In this document: piece after piece, positions 9,930-18,793 of the stretch
How positions within the stretch are numbered: position 1 is the first letter of the stretch
Layout: every line of letters begins with the position of its first letter
Source of the DNA: an uncultured Candidatus Saccharibacteria bacterium
GTDB taxonomy: Bacteria; Patescibacteriota; JAUYIX01; CAYNWW01
Assembly (NCBI GenBank): GCA_964401055.1
Contig: CAYNWW010000001.1
Span: 41,689-103,002, forward strand
Length of the DNA: 61,314 nucleotides
Direction of reading: 5' to 3'
The notes under the pieces: generated by a model
What the model saw: the letters and a program-made list of their open reading frames with translations, nothing else
The model's database searches: none
Told to the model about the DNA's origin: nothing
Position numbers and translations under genes: made by a program

Positions 9930-10575
9930 CGCACCCATCACGATTATCCTCATGGGGATTCAAGGATCTGGGAAAGGAACCCAGGCACAATTATTAAAAG
10001 AACGACTCGGTTTTGTCGGCTTAGATGCTGGACACCTTCTGAGAAAAAAATCACAAGAATCATCGGAAATCGGACGCAAAATTTCAGAGATTCTGGCAAG
10101 CGGACAGTTGATACCAAATGAAATTACTGCCCCGATCGTGCTCGATGAATTGATCAAAATAGACGAACGCAAGCCGCTCGTAATCGACGGTTTCCCTCGC
10201 ACAAAAGAAAATGCCGATTCTCTGGAAGACATGCTTCTCACATCTGGACGCAAATCCAGCGCTGTTGTAGTAAATATCAACCTTGCTGAAGAGTCGGCGA
10301 TTGGCCGCTTGGCATCACGGAAAGTTTGCAGCAATTGCGGAAAAATTTTTGGTTCGACTGAACTGTTGCTCTGTGACAATTGTGGGGGCGAACTCAAAAA
10401 GCGCTCTGATTCTTCCGAAGAGGCCACTCGAAAGCGCCTCCAGTGGCATTGGACGAGCGTGAATCCAATTATCGAGCAGTATCGCCATCAGTACCCTTTT
10501 TATGACATTGACGGCAATCAGCCTGTGGAGCAGGTCTATCAATCCATCGTCACTGCATTAGGTTTGCGCCAATGA
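9919..10575 (+). CDS. adk: Adenylate kinase with a zinc-lid
   Basis: P-loop GIQGSGKGTQA, lid CSNCGK...CDNCGG. Overlaps the secY end by 11 nt. Confidence 0.93.
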   Translation: MDSSAPITIILMGIQGSGKGTQAQLLKERLGFVGLDAGHLLRKKSQESSEIGRKISEILASGQLIPNEITAPIVLDELIKIDERKPLVIDGFPRTKENADSLEDMLLTSGRKSSAVVVNINLAEESAIGRLASRKVCSNCGKIFGSTELLLCDNCGGELKKRSDSSEEATRKRLQWHWTSVNPIIEQYRHQYPFYDIDGNQPVEQVYQSIVTALGLRQ

Positions 10576-11123
10576 GTATTCGGTTAAAAACCAAGCAGCA
10601 GATTGCGGACATGCGTGTCGGAGGTCGGTTTTTGGCTGAGATGTTGCAACTTTTGAAAGATGATTGCTTGCCGGGCGCTCAGGTGTTGGATTTGGAAAAA
10701 AAGGCTGAGCGCTTGTTGAATACGTATCATGTTCAGCCAGCGTTTAAGGGATATCAAGGCTTTCCGTCAGTGATTTGCATTTCTCTGAATCAGGAAGTTG
10801 TTCATGGAATCCCGCGAGACTACCTACTGAAAGAGGGTGACTTGATTAGTCTTGATTTTGGTTTGATATATAAAAAAATGTATCTTGATGCTGCAGTGAC
10901 AGCAGGCGTTGGGCGTATTTCATCACAAGCACAGGAGCTTATCACGGTTGCGTCTGAGTCGCTAATGGTTGGTGTGGCGCAAGCTCAGAGCGGAAATAAG
11001 ATCGGCGCTATTAGTGCGGCTGTGCAAGAATCAGTGGAGTCGCGCGGGTTTTCGGTGGTTCGAGATCTGGTGGGGCATGGGGTGGGATTTGAGTTGCATG
11101 AAGACCCCCAAGTTCCTAAGTAG
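10572..11123 (+). CDS. map: Methionine aminopeptidase type I, N-terminal 183 codons ending at an in-frame TAG
   Basis: VVHGIPRDY...ISLDFG...YLDAA.T...GHGVGFELHEDPQVPK then TAG at 11121-11123. The family normally continues for about 65 more residues. Confidence 0.85.
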   Translation: MSIRLKTKQQIADMRVGGRFLAEMLQLLKDDCLPGAQVLDLEKKAERLLNTYHVQPAFKGYQGFPSVICISLNQEVVHGIPRDYLLKEGDLISLDFGLIYKKMYLDAAVTAGVGRISSQAQELITVASESLMVGVAQAQSGNKIGAISAAVQESVESRGFSVVRDLVGHGVGFELHEDPQVPK

Positions 11124-11324
11124 GGCAGAGCAACTCAGGGGCCGGTTATTCGACCGGGGCTTGTAATTGCGATCGAGCCAATGATTGCGGCGGGCTCCTA
11201 TGAAGTGGATTGGCTTGCAGACGGCTGGACGGTGGCGACAAAAGACGGCTCGTTGTCGAGTCATTGGGAACATACGGTGGCAGTCACTGATAATGGCCCG
11301 GAAGTATTGACTCAACTACCTTGA
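11124..11324 (+). pseudogene. map: Remainder of map, same frame, downstream of the internal TAG
   Basis: The same frame reads GRATQGPVIRPGLVIAIEPMIAAG...DGWTVATKDGSLSSHWEHTVAVTDNGPEVLT up to TGA at 11322-11324. This is the conserved C-terminal metal-ligand region (IEP, EHT). Confidence 0.7.
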
Positions 11325-11770
11325 TCGGTGACGGCGGGGCATATTTGGCAGTTGACCTGGGCGCTGCAAAGACTGGCATTGCGCTCAGTGAACACGGTAT
11401 GCTTGCTCATGCGTATGGGATTTTAAAAGAAAAGCGATTGTCGGTGCTCGTGCAACAAGTCATTGATTTGTGCGGACGCGAGCGGGTCGCATGTGTGGTG
11501 GTTGGCGTGCCATACTCGCTTCGCGGGGGTGTGTCGCACGAAAATGAGCGAACTGCCCGAGTCGACGAGTTTATGGATCGGTTGCGGCAAGCGGCAAGCG
11601 GCGCCGGCCTCGAAATAACGGTTTATGCGCATAATGAGCAATTTACGAGTGCGGCGGCCGGACATTTTCTTACAAAAAAGCATCAGTCAGACGACGCAAA
11701 AGCCGCGGAGCTGCTGCTGCAGCAATTTTTAGATATCAAAAATCGTGCCAGCAATGAGCGAACAATCTAA
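11321..11770 (+). CDS. ruvX: Holliday-junction resolvase-like nuclease RuvX/YqgF
   Basis: LAVDLGAAKTGIALSE matches the YqgF N-terminal motif. About 140 aa. TTG start overlaps the map stop, so the exact start is uncertain. Confidence 0.8.
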   Translation: MIGDGGAYLAVDLGAAKTGIALSEHGMLAHAYGILKEKRLSVLVQQVIDLCGRERVACVVVGVPYSLRGGVSHENERTARVDEFMDRLRQAASGAGLEITVYAHNEQFTSAAAGHFLTKKHQSDDAKAAELLLQQFLDIKNRASNERTI

Positions 11771-12524
11771 ACCAGTCGACCTTTCCATTGTCATCCCGGC
11801 AAAAAATGAGGAACGGCGGTTGGTACCTACGCTGCAATCAATTGCGGCATTTTGTGCTGCGCATGCAGATGAGTTGTCGGTGGAAGTCTTGGTTGTTGAA
11901 AACGGCTCGCACGACGCCACGGCGGCCGTTGCGCGTTCGTTTGCTCCGCGATTTCAGCGCTTGCGCGTGTTGGAGCTTGATCGGTCGCAAAGCGGAAAGG
12001 GAGCGGCGGTGCGGGAAGGTGTGCGGTGTGTGGCTGGAGAGTTTGTTGTATTTATGGATGCGGATAATGCGACGCACATCGAAGAAATCAATCAATTTTT
12101 GCCGCGTTTGCGCGCCGGCGTTGATGTTGTTATTGGGTCGCGCCATGTGGTAGGTTCGGTGATTGAAGAGCGACAGCCGTGGTTGCGCAGATTGATGGGG
12201 CGGTTGGCAAACTCGCTCATCCGGATGACGGTGCTGCCGGGGATTCATGATACTCAGTGTGGGTTTAAGGCTTTTCGTGCAGAGGCGGCGCGTGAAATTT
12301 TTGCATTACAAGAAATTACAGGATGGGGATTTGATATTGAAATACTTGCGATTGCACGCAGGCTGGGGTACGCGATCGAAGAGCTGCCGGTGCACTGGTA
12401 TCACGTGGGAGGGAGTCGATTGCGGCCGCTCAAGGCGATTGTCCACACCACCACTGATTTGCTTCGCGTGGCAAAAAATCTTATGCTACATGCATACGAG
12501 AACCGCAGAAGCGGAAAAAAATGA
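11745..12524 (+). CDS. Family 2 glycosyltransferase (polyprenol/dolichol-phosphate hexosyltransferase-like)
   Basis: LSIVIPAKNEE...VVENGS.D.T...FMDADNAT (DXD). An alternative ATG start lies at 11754. Confidence 0.8.
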   Translation: MPAMSEQSKPVDLSIVIPAKNEERRLVPTLQSIAAFCAAHADELSVEVLVVENGSHDATAAVARSFAPRFQRLRVLELDRSQSGKGAAVREGVRCVAGEFVVFMDADNATHIEEINQFLPRLRAGVDVVIGSRHVVGSVIEERQPWLRRLMGRLANSLIRMTVLPGIHDTQCGFKAFRAEAAREIFALQEITGWGFDIEILAIARRLGYAIEELPVHWYHVGGSRLRPLKAIVHTTTDLLRVAKNLMLHAYENRRSGKK

Positions 12525-12545
12525 AATAGTTTCTAACACACTGGC

Positions 12546-13568
12546 ATGTCTGAGCTTCGTCAAAATCCTGTCAACGAGCATTGGGTGATTATTGCAAAAG
12601 AACGAGCAAAGCGACCGCAAGATTTTATCCGTACGACTGAGCGCGTGCAAAATTCCATTCATGAGTGTCCGTTTGAGCAAGGCAAAGAGTCGTTGACGCC
12701 GCCTGAGGCGCTTGCGTACAGTCCAGATCCTGCACGCAAACCCAACACGCCCAATTGGACTATGCGTGTATTTGCAAATAAGTTTCCCGCTGTTGCGCCT
12801 GCGGCTGAGTTTGTGCTCGAGCGAGAAGACATGTACAAATTCGGTCCGGCTACGGGTTTTCATGAAATTATTGCCCCCGCCGACCACTACAAACATCCCG
12901 CGCTACTTTCGAACGAAGAGCTTTTTTTGCTCTTTAAAGCTCAAAAAGAGCGCATTATGTTTTATAAACAAACTCCCTTTATTCGCTACACCCAGCTTTT
13001 TTACAATCACGGTGAAAGCGCTGGAGCCTCGCTCGCGCATCCACATGCTCAATTCCTTGCACTACCGGTGGTGTCAAATTACGTGACACAAGAGTTGTAT
13101 TTTGAGCAACAATACCAGAAAAAGCATGGTACATGCGGGCATTGTGCGATGATCGCTGCTGAAATAAAGCTCAAAAAACGCGTGATCATGCAAAATAAAT
13201 CGTTTTTGAGTACGGCGCCATTTGCCTCTCGCAATCCGTTTGAAATTGTGATTTACCCACTCTGGCACACGCCGCGATATGAAGATGCCAACGATGAGCA
13301 GCTGCGTGATTTGGCTCAGGTTTTGAAGGATGCACTGCTGCGATTGCATGAAAAATTGAAGAATCCCGACTTTAACTATTATATTCACACTGTTCCGCAC
13401 CACAACGGAAATTATGATTATAGTCATTGGCATCTCAAAATTTTGCCTCGACTATCTACGCGAGGTGGATTTGAACTTGCGACCGGTATTGTGATCAATG
13501 TGGTGTCGCCTGAAGATGCTGCGGCATTTTTGCGTGGAGAGCGGGACGTAGAGGAGATTCAGAAATGA
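12546..13568 (+). CDS. galT: Galactose-1-phosphate uridylyltransferase family (HIT superfamily, GalT-like)
   Basis: N-terminal NP...HWVIIA.ERAKRP, CPFEQGKE, NKFPA, and HPHAQ (the HxHxQ nucleotidyl-transfer motif). Confidence 0.8.
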   Translation: MSELRQNPVNEHWVIIAKERAKRPQDFIRTTERVQNSIHECPFEQGKESLTPPEALAYSPDPARKPNTPNWTMRVFANKFPAVAPAAEFVLEREDMYKFGPATGFHEIIAPADHYKHPALLSNEELFLLFKAQKERIMFYKQTPFIRYTQLFYNHGESAGASLAHPHAQFLALPVVSNYVTQELYFEQQYQKKHGTCGHCAMIAAEIKLKKRVIMQNKSFLSTAPFASRNPFEIVIYPLWHTPRYEDANDEQLRDLAQVLKDALLRLHEKLKNPDFNYYIHTVPHHNGNYDYSHWHLKILPRLSTRGGFELATGIVINVVSPEDAAAFLRGERDVEEIQK

Positions 13569-14338
13569 GAAAACTGATCGTTGGTAACTGGAAAATGAAC
13601 ATGACCACGACGCAGGCTCGTGCGTATTTGGGAGAATTTTTGCCATTACTTCAAGATGCCCCGCGTCCCGGGCAGGAAATCGTACTGTGTCCTTCGGTGA
13701 TTTCGCTCGATGTGTGCCATGATGTGATTGCGCATGCCCAAGCGCAAGTGGTGCTCGGTGCACAGGACGTGTTTTGGGAGGAGCAGGGTGCGTTTACGGG
13801 CGAGATCAGTGCGGCCATGCTTGCCGGTGTTGCAAAATATGTGCTGGTTGGGCATTCGGAACGACGGATGTATCGCGGAGAAACCGACACCAACATTGCC
13901 CAAAAAATCACCCGCGCGTTGGCGCATGATCTTTCGCCGATCCTTTGCGTGGGCGAATCAATTGATGTCTATGCGCAGCAGGAATCCAAGCAATTTATTG
14001 CGCAACAATTGACCGAGGGGTTGCGGGGGATTTCCTGGCCGGAAGAAAAGGGTTTGATTGTTGCGTATGAGCCGATTTGGGCATTGAGCTCGAGCGTTGG
14101 GCGCCAAGAAGCTGATCCGGAAGGCGTGCAAGAAGTTGCTGCGCATATTCGCGCCACGGTTGCGACTATACTCGGAGATACGGCAGCGCGAAAATTGCGC
14201 GTATTGTTTGGCGGTAATGTCCAGCCGCAAACTGCGCATGCCTTTGCTTCAGGTCAAGATGTTGACGGTGTGCTTGTGGGAAGCGCGAGTACGCATCCCG
14301 CGTCATTTTTTCAGATTTTAACCGCCTTAGAGGAATAA
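13565..14338 (+). CDS. tpiA: Triosephosphate isomerase
   Basis: VGNWKMN, VGHSERR, YEPIWA. ATGA overlap with the galT stop. Confidence 0.93.
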   Translation: MRKLIVGNWKMNMTTTQARAYLGEFLPLLQDAPRPGQEIVLCPSVISLDVCHDVIAHAQAQVVLGAQDVFWEEQGAFTGEISAAMLAGVAKYVLVGHSERRMYRGETDTNIAQKITRALAHDLSPILCVGESIDVYAQQESKQFIAQQLTEGLRGISWPEEKGLIVAYEPIWALSSSVGRQEADPEGVQEVAAHIRATVATILGDTAARKLRVLFGGNVQPQTAHAFASGQDVDGVLVGSASTHPASFFQILTALEE

Positions 14339-14345
14339 AAATCAT

Positions 14346-15200
14346 ATGCTCGTTTCTGCAAAAGAGCCGTTGGGTCGCGCGTATCGTGAGCACTATGCTG
14401 TCGGTGCGTTTAATGTATTTAATATGGAAACGGCGATTGCGGTCGTGCGTGCGGCTGTGGCACTGCGTTCTCCAGCGATTGTCCAGATTTCAGAAAAAGC
14501 GTTTGCGTATTCAGATCGTGAGTTGGTTTCCCGGCTTGTGCGCGAGGTCATTGCTCAGGCGCCGGAAATCCCGCTTGTCCTCAATCTTGACCATGGCCGC
14601 AGCGTGGAAGTTGCACACGCGTGTATTGATGGTGGGTATACCTCGGTGATGTTTGATGGGTCACAGCTGCCGTTTGAAGAAAATATCGCAAGCTCGGCAG
14701 GTGTTGCGGCTTATGCACACACCAAAGGAGTGACTGTTCAGGCTGAACTTGGTCGCTTGCCCAAAAGCGCGCATGACGCTGCGCAGATGCAACCGAGTGA
14801 CTACATGACTGACCCGTCTGAAGCTGCGGATTTTTGCGCCCGTACCGGCGTAGATTTTTTGGCGGTGGCGATCGGAAATATTCATGGCATTTCTCCGGAT
14901 GAGCCGCGGATTGATTTGGCGCGTTTGGCTGAAATTCGTAAGGCGGTGAGTATTCCGCTTGTGCTGCATGGCGGCTCTGGAATTCCTGAAGAGGATATTC
15001 GCACGGCGATCGCCTCGGGAATTGCAGAAATCAATATTGACACTGAAATTCGCTTAGCATTTACCGGCGCGTTGCGCAAAAGTATTGCTGAGCATCCGCA
15101 CGAAATTGATCCGCGCGTACTGCTTGCGCCCACTATGCCGGCAGTGCAGGCCCTTGTGGAGCAAAAAATGCGCTTGTTTGGCAGTGTTGGTAAGGCGTAA
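14346..15200 (+). CDS. fba: Class II fructose-bisphosphate aldolase
   Basis: AVGAFNV.N.E...SPAIVQISE...LNLDHG...LVLHGGSG. Confidence 0.88.
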   Translation: MLVSAKEPLGRAYREHYAVGAFNVFNMETAIAVVRAAVALRSPAIVQISEKAFAYSDRELVSRLVREVIAQAPEIPLVLNLDHGRSVEVAHACIDGGYTSVMFDGSQLPFEENIASSAGVAAYAHTKGVTVQAELGRLPKSAHDAAQMQPSDYMTDPSEAADFCARTGVDFLAVAIGNIHGISPDEPRIDLARLAEIRKAVSIPLVLHGGSGIPEEDIRTAIASGIAEINIDTEIRLAFTGALRKSIAEHPHEIDPRVLLAPTMPAVQALVEQKMRLFGSVGKA

Positions 15201-15224
15201 TATTACAAAATTAAACATATTCCC

Positions 15225-16241
15225 ATGGCACTCCGCGTTGCAATCAATGGATTTGGCCGCATCGGTCGCCCCGCATTCAAAATCGCTTCAGCTCGCAAAG
15301 ATATCGAACTCGTGGCAATCAACGACCTGACTGATACAAAAACGCTCGCATATTTGCTGCAATTTGATTCGGTGTATGGGACATTTGAAAAGCAAGTTGA
15401 GGCGACTGCGGACGGGCTGCGCGTAGACGGAAAAGAGATTAAAGTATTTGCAGAAAAAGACCCGGCGCAACTGCCATGGAAAGAACTCGGAGTCGATGTC
15501 GTGATCGAAAGTTCGGGCTTTTTTACCGACGGCGCAGGCGCATCCAAGCACCTCCAGGCCGGCGCAAAAGCAGTGGTGCTTTCAGCAAACTGCAAAGCAG
15601 AGTCGGATATGCGGACATTTGTCTACAAGGTGAACACGGACGGATTTGATCCTGCGCGCGACCAGATGACGTCGATGGGTTCATGCACCACCAACTGTCT
15701 TGCGCCTCTTGCGAAAGTGCTGAACGACAAATTTGGCATCGTCAAAGGCATGATGACAACCGTGCATAGCTATACCAATTCGCAGCGATTAGTGGATACG
15801 CCGGCAAAAGAATTGCGCGAAGCGCGAAGTGCAGTATTGTCTATGATTCCAACTACTACCGGTGCGGCAAAGGCAATTTCACGCGTGATTCCGGCGCTCA
15901 AGGGCAAAGTGGATGGCCATGCGGTGCGTGTCCCAACCCCGACGGTTTCGATCACTGATTTTGTGTGTGAAGTCGAACGTGCGACTACGGCCGAAGAAGT
16001 AAATGCGGCACTGCGCGAAGCCGCAGCTGGGGAGCTTGCCGGCGTGTTGGCGTGTGAGTCGCGCGAGTTGGTCTCGGCGGATTTTCGAAAAAATCCCCAT
16101 GGTAGCATTGTGGACGAGTCGCTCACTCTTGTGGTGAGTGGCAATCTCGTCAAGGTGCTTTCGTGGTATGATAATGAATGGGGTTACTGCACTCGACTGA
16201 TTGATTATGTGCAGTTTGTCGGTGATAAAATGAAAAACTAA
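15225..16241 (+). CDS. gap: Glyceraldehyde-3-phosphate dehydrogenase (type I)
   Basis: RVAINGFGRIGR and the active site SCTTNCLAP. WYDNEWGY at the C-terminus. Confidence 0.96.
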   Translation: MALRVAINGFGRIGRPAFKIASARKDIELVAINDLTDTKTLAYLLQFDSVYGTFEKQVEATADGLRVDGKEIKVFAEKDPAQLPWKELGVDVVIESSGFFTDGAGASKHLQAGAKAVVLSANCKAESDMRTFVYKVNTDGFDPARDQMTSMGSCTTNCLAPLAKVLNDKFGIVKGMMTTVHSYTNSQRLVDTPAKELREARSAVLSMIPTTTGAAKAISRVIPALKGKVDGHAVRVPTPTVSITDFVCEVERATTAEEVNAALREAAAGELAGVLACESRELVSADFRKNPHGSIVDESLTLVVSGNLVKVLSWYDNEWGYCTRLIDYVQFVGDKMKN

Positions 16242-16254
16242 TTTCTAAAACGCG

Positions 16255-17496
16255 ATGCCACTTTTGAGTGTCCGCGATGTCTCACTCGCAGAAAAAATAG
16301 TGTTGGCGCGGCTCAATTTGGATAGTCCGGTGGATCCTGCGACCGGACTCGTGGTCATGAATGACCGCTTGCAAGAAAGCGCGGAAACGCTCCGTTTTTT
16401 GCTTGCGCAGCGTGCGCGAGTGGTGATTTTGGGTCATCAAGGCAGGCCGGGAAAGTCGGATTTTACTCCGACTGAAGAACATGTGCGACTGCTCTCGGCT
16501 GCTGCTGGCTGTGAGATCGCATATTGTGATGATCTGTATGGATCGCGAGTGCGTGAGATGATTACTGCGGTCGCGCCCGGCAAGGCATTGATGTTGCAAA
16601 ATGCGCGTTTTTCTTCGGAAGAAATGCTTGAGCGTTCACCTGACGAACACGCAACTAGCCACTTGGTGCGCGGCATTGCTCCATTGATACACGTGTATTT
16701 CACTGATGCATTTACCAATTTTCACCGCGATCATGCGAGTATGATCGGGTTTACCGGAGTGCCAAACGTAGTCAGCGATGAGGCGCTCAAGGAAATACAG
16801 GGAATTAAAAAGGCTGCAAGCGAAGCGCATCGGCCATTTGTGCTGGTGCTTGGCGGAGCAAAAATTGATGATTACATTGGCGTGATGCGACGCATGCTCC
16901 ACGAGGGGAGAGTAGACAAAATTCTCGCCGGCGGCATGCTTGGCAACCTCGCGCTCGTTGCTCAAGGAATTGAATTGGGCGGGGCGGAAGAGCGAGTGAT
17001 TCATCAGGTGGATTCGCTCACCAAAAGCTCACTTGCTGATTTGTTGCCTGAAATCCAGCAACTCATGCGCGAGTATCCGGGCGTGATTGAGCCTCCGCTT
17101 GATGTTGCTATTGATCATGATGGAAAGCGAGAAGAAATTGCGGTTGCGGATTTGCCTTCGGTGTATCGCATCAAAGATATCGGAAGCCGGACGATTGCCC
17201 GTTTTTCTCACTTGATCAGTACGGCTGAGACACTGTTTGTGAAAGGGCCAATGGGTTTGTATGAAGAAGCACAATTTGCGACCGGTTCGAAAGAAATTAT
17301 TCAAGCGCTTGCGGCCGCTCAGGGATACACATTGGTAGGCGGCGGGAACACAACCAACGTGATTGAATTGTATTCCGACCCCGCACAGTTTGATCACATT
17401 AGTTTGGCAGGTGGGGCAACGCTTGCGCTGCTCGAGCGAGGCACGCTTCCGTGCATTGAAGCATATGAAAAAAATTATGAGCGCTACCATGTTTGA
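16255..17496 (+). CDS. pgk: Phosphoglycerate kinase, archaeal-like sequence type
   Basis: 413 aa. The N-terminus RLNLDSPVDPATG...VVILGHQGRPGKSDFT resembles archaeal PGKs (HQ.RPG..DF) rather than the bacterial SHLGRP form. GGG.T near the C-terminus. Confidence 0.88.
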   Translation: MPLLSVRDVSLAEKIVLARLNLDSPVDPATGLVVMNDRLQESAETLRFLLAQRARVVILGHQGRPGKSDFTPTEEHVRLLSAAAGCEIAYCDDLYGSRVREMITAVAPGKALMLQNARFSSEEMLERSPDEHATSHLVRGIAPLIHVYFTDAFTNFHRDHASMIGFTGVPNVVSDEALKEIQGIKKAASEAHRPFVLVLGGAKIDDYIGVMRRMLHEGRVDKILAGGMLGNLALVAQGIELGGAEERVIHQVDSLTKSSLADLLPEIQQLMREYPGVIEPPLDVAIDHDGKREEIAVADLPSVYRIKDIGSRTIARFSHLISTAETLFVKGPMGLYEEAQFATGSKEIIQALAAAQGYTLVGGGNTTNVIELYSDPAQFDHISLAGGATLALLERGTLPCIEAYEKNYERYHV

Positions 17497-18784
17497 AATT
17501 GCGGCCATTCGTGGTCTTGAAGTTCTTGATTCTCGCGGTAATCCAACTATTCGGGCAGAAGTTGAGCTGCGCGGTGGTGCGGTCGGCGTATTTTTTGTGC
17601 CATCCGGAGCATCTACCGGGACGCGCGAGGCGTTGGAGTTGCGCGATCAGGACAAGAGTCGATTTGCCGGCAAAGGCGTACTGAAGGCAATTGCGCATCT
17701 GGAAGGAGAAATCTCTGGGCATGTGATGGGAATGGATGCGAGGGATCAAGCTGCGCTGGATCATGCGTTGATTGCGTTGGATGCCACTCCCAACAAAAGC
17801 CGCTTGGGAGCAAATGCGCTGCTGGCAGTTTCGTGTGCGTCCGCTGTCGCTGCCGCGCGCCAATCCAAACTTCCGCTCTATCGCCACCTCGAATCCTTGT
17901 ATCTTGGTGTGCAGAAGCGCGATGACCGCTCGGTTGTGATGCCGATGCCGCTGTGTAATGTGCTGAATGGTGGCAGACATGCCATCGGTGGATTGGATAT
18001 TCAGGAGTTTCAAATCCTTCCGCATGGGGCTGGGGATTTTCCGCAGGCGATCCAGATGACGGCCGAGATTTTTGCTCGGCTTGGCGAGTTGCTTCGCGAG
18101 AAACAGCTTCTTACGCTGGTTGGCGACGAAGGTGGGTATGCACCATCGCTGGGGTCATATCGCGATGCACTTGAGTTGATGGTTGCGGCTATCGAGCGCG
18201 CCGGATACAAGCCGGGCGCGCAGGTTTCTTTGGGACTCGATGTTGCTGCGTCTGAACTCTATCGCGACGGCGCCTATGAATTCACTCATGAACAACAAAC
18301 GTATTCGACTCCTCAACTGCTTGCAGAGTACAAGAAGCTGGTGACTGACTACCCGCTTGTCTCGATCGAGGATCCGTTTTCTGAAGATGATTGGGCGGGT
18401 TGGACTGCTCTGACTGCAGAAATAGGGCAGAATGTAGAGATTATCGGAGATGACTTATTTACTACGAACAGTGAATTTATTCAAAAAGGAATCACTCAAA
18501 AAGCTGCAACCGCGGTGCTTATTAAGCTTAATCAAATCGGAACACTTACCGAAACATTCGCCGCTATGCACCTTGCTCAAGACAACGGCCTTGCGTCCGT
18601 GGTGTCGCATCGTTCAGGCGAAACAGAGGATTCCTTTATTGCCGATCTTGCAGTGGCGACCGGATGCGGCCAGATCAAAACTGGCTCGATGTCGCGCTCG
18701 GATCGCTTGGCAAAATACAACCGCCTGCTTGTCATTCAAGATGAGCTTCGTCGTGCGGGCACTCGTTTTATCTATATGAAATAA
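17477..18784 (+). CDS. eno: Enolase
   Basis: EVLDSRGNPT, SGASTG..EA.ELRD, SHRSGETED, and IKTGS..RSDR.AKYN. The start is ambiguous (17465, 17477 or 17489). 17489 would overlap the pgk stop. Confidence 0.95.
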   Translation: MSATMFEIAAIRGLEVLDSRGNPTIRAEVELRGGAVGVFFVPSGASTGTREALELRDQDKSRFAGKGVLKAIAHLEGEISGHVMGMDARDQAALDHALIALDATPNKSRLGANALLAVSCASAVAAARQSKLPLYRHLESLYLGVQKRDDRSVVMPMPLCNVLNGGRHAIGGLDIQEFQILPHGAGDFPQAIQMTAEIFARLGELLREKQLLTLVGDEGGYAPSLGSYRDALELMVAAIERAGYKPGAQVSLGLDVAASELYRDGAYEFTHEQQTYSTPQLLAEYKKLVTDYPLVSIEDPFSEDDWAGWTALTAEIGQNVEIIGDDLFTTNSEFIQKGITQKAATAVLIKLNQIGTLTETFAAMHLAQDNGLASVVSHRSGETEDSFIADLAVATGCGQIKTGSMSRSDRLAKYNRLLVIQDELRRAGTRFIYMK

Positions 18785-18793
18785 CATCCGCTC

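Noticed and set aside
10572-11324. A chimeric assembly junction inside map as the explanation for both the TAG and the GC rise.
   Set aside because: GC rises gradually across the 3' half of map rather than stepping at the TAG, and the frame and protein alignment are continuous across it. This cannot be excluded without reads, so I report it only as a check.
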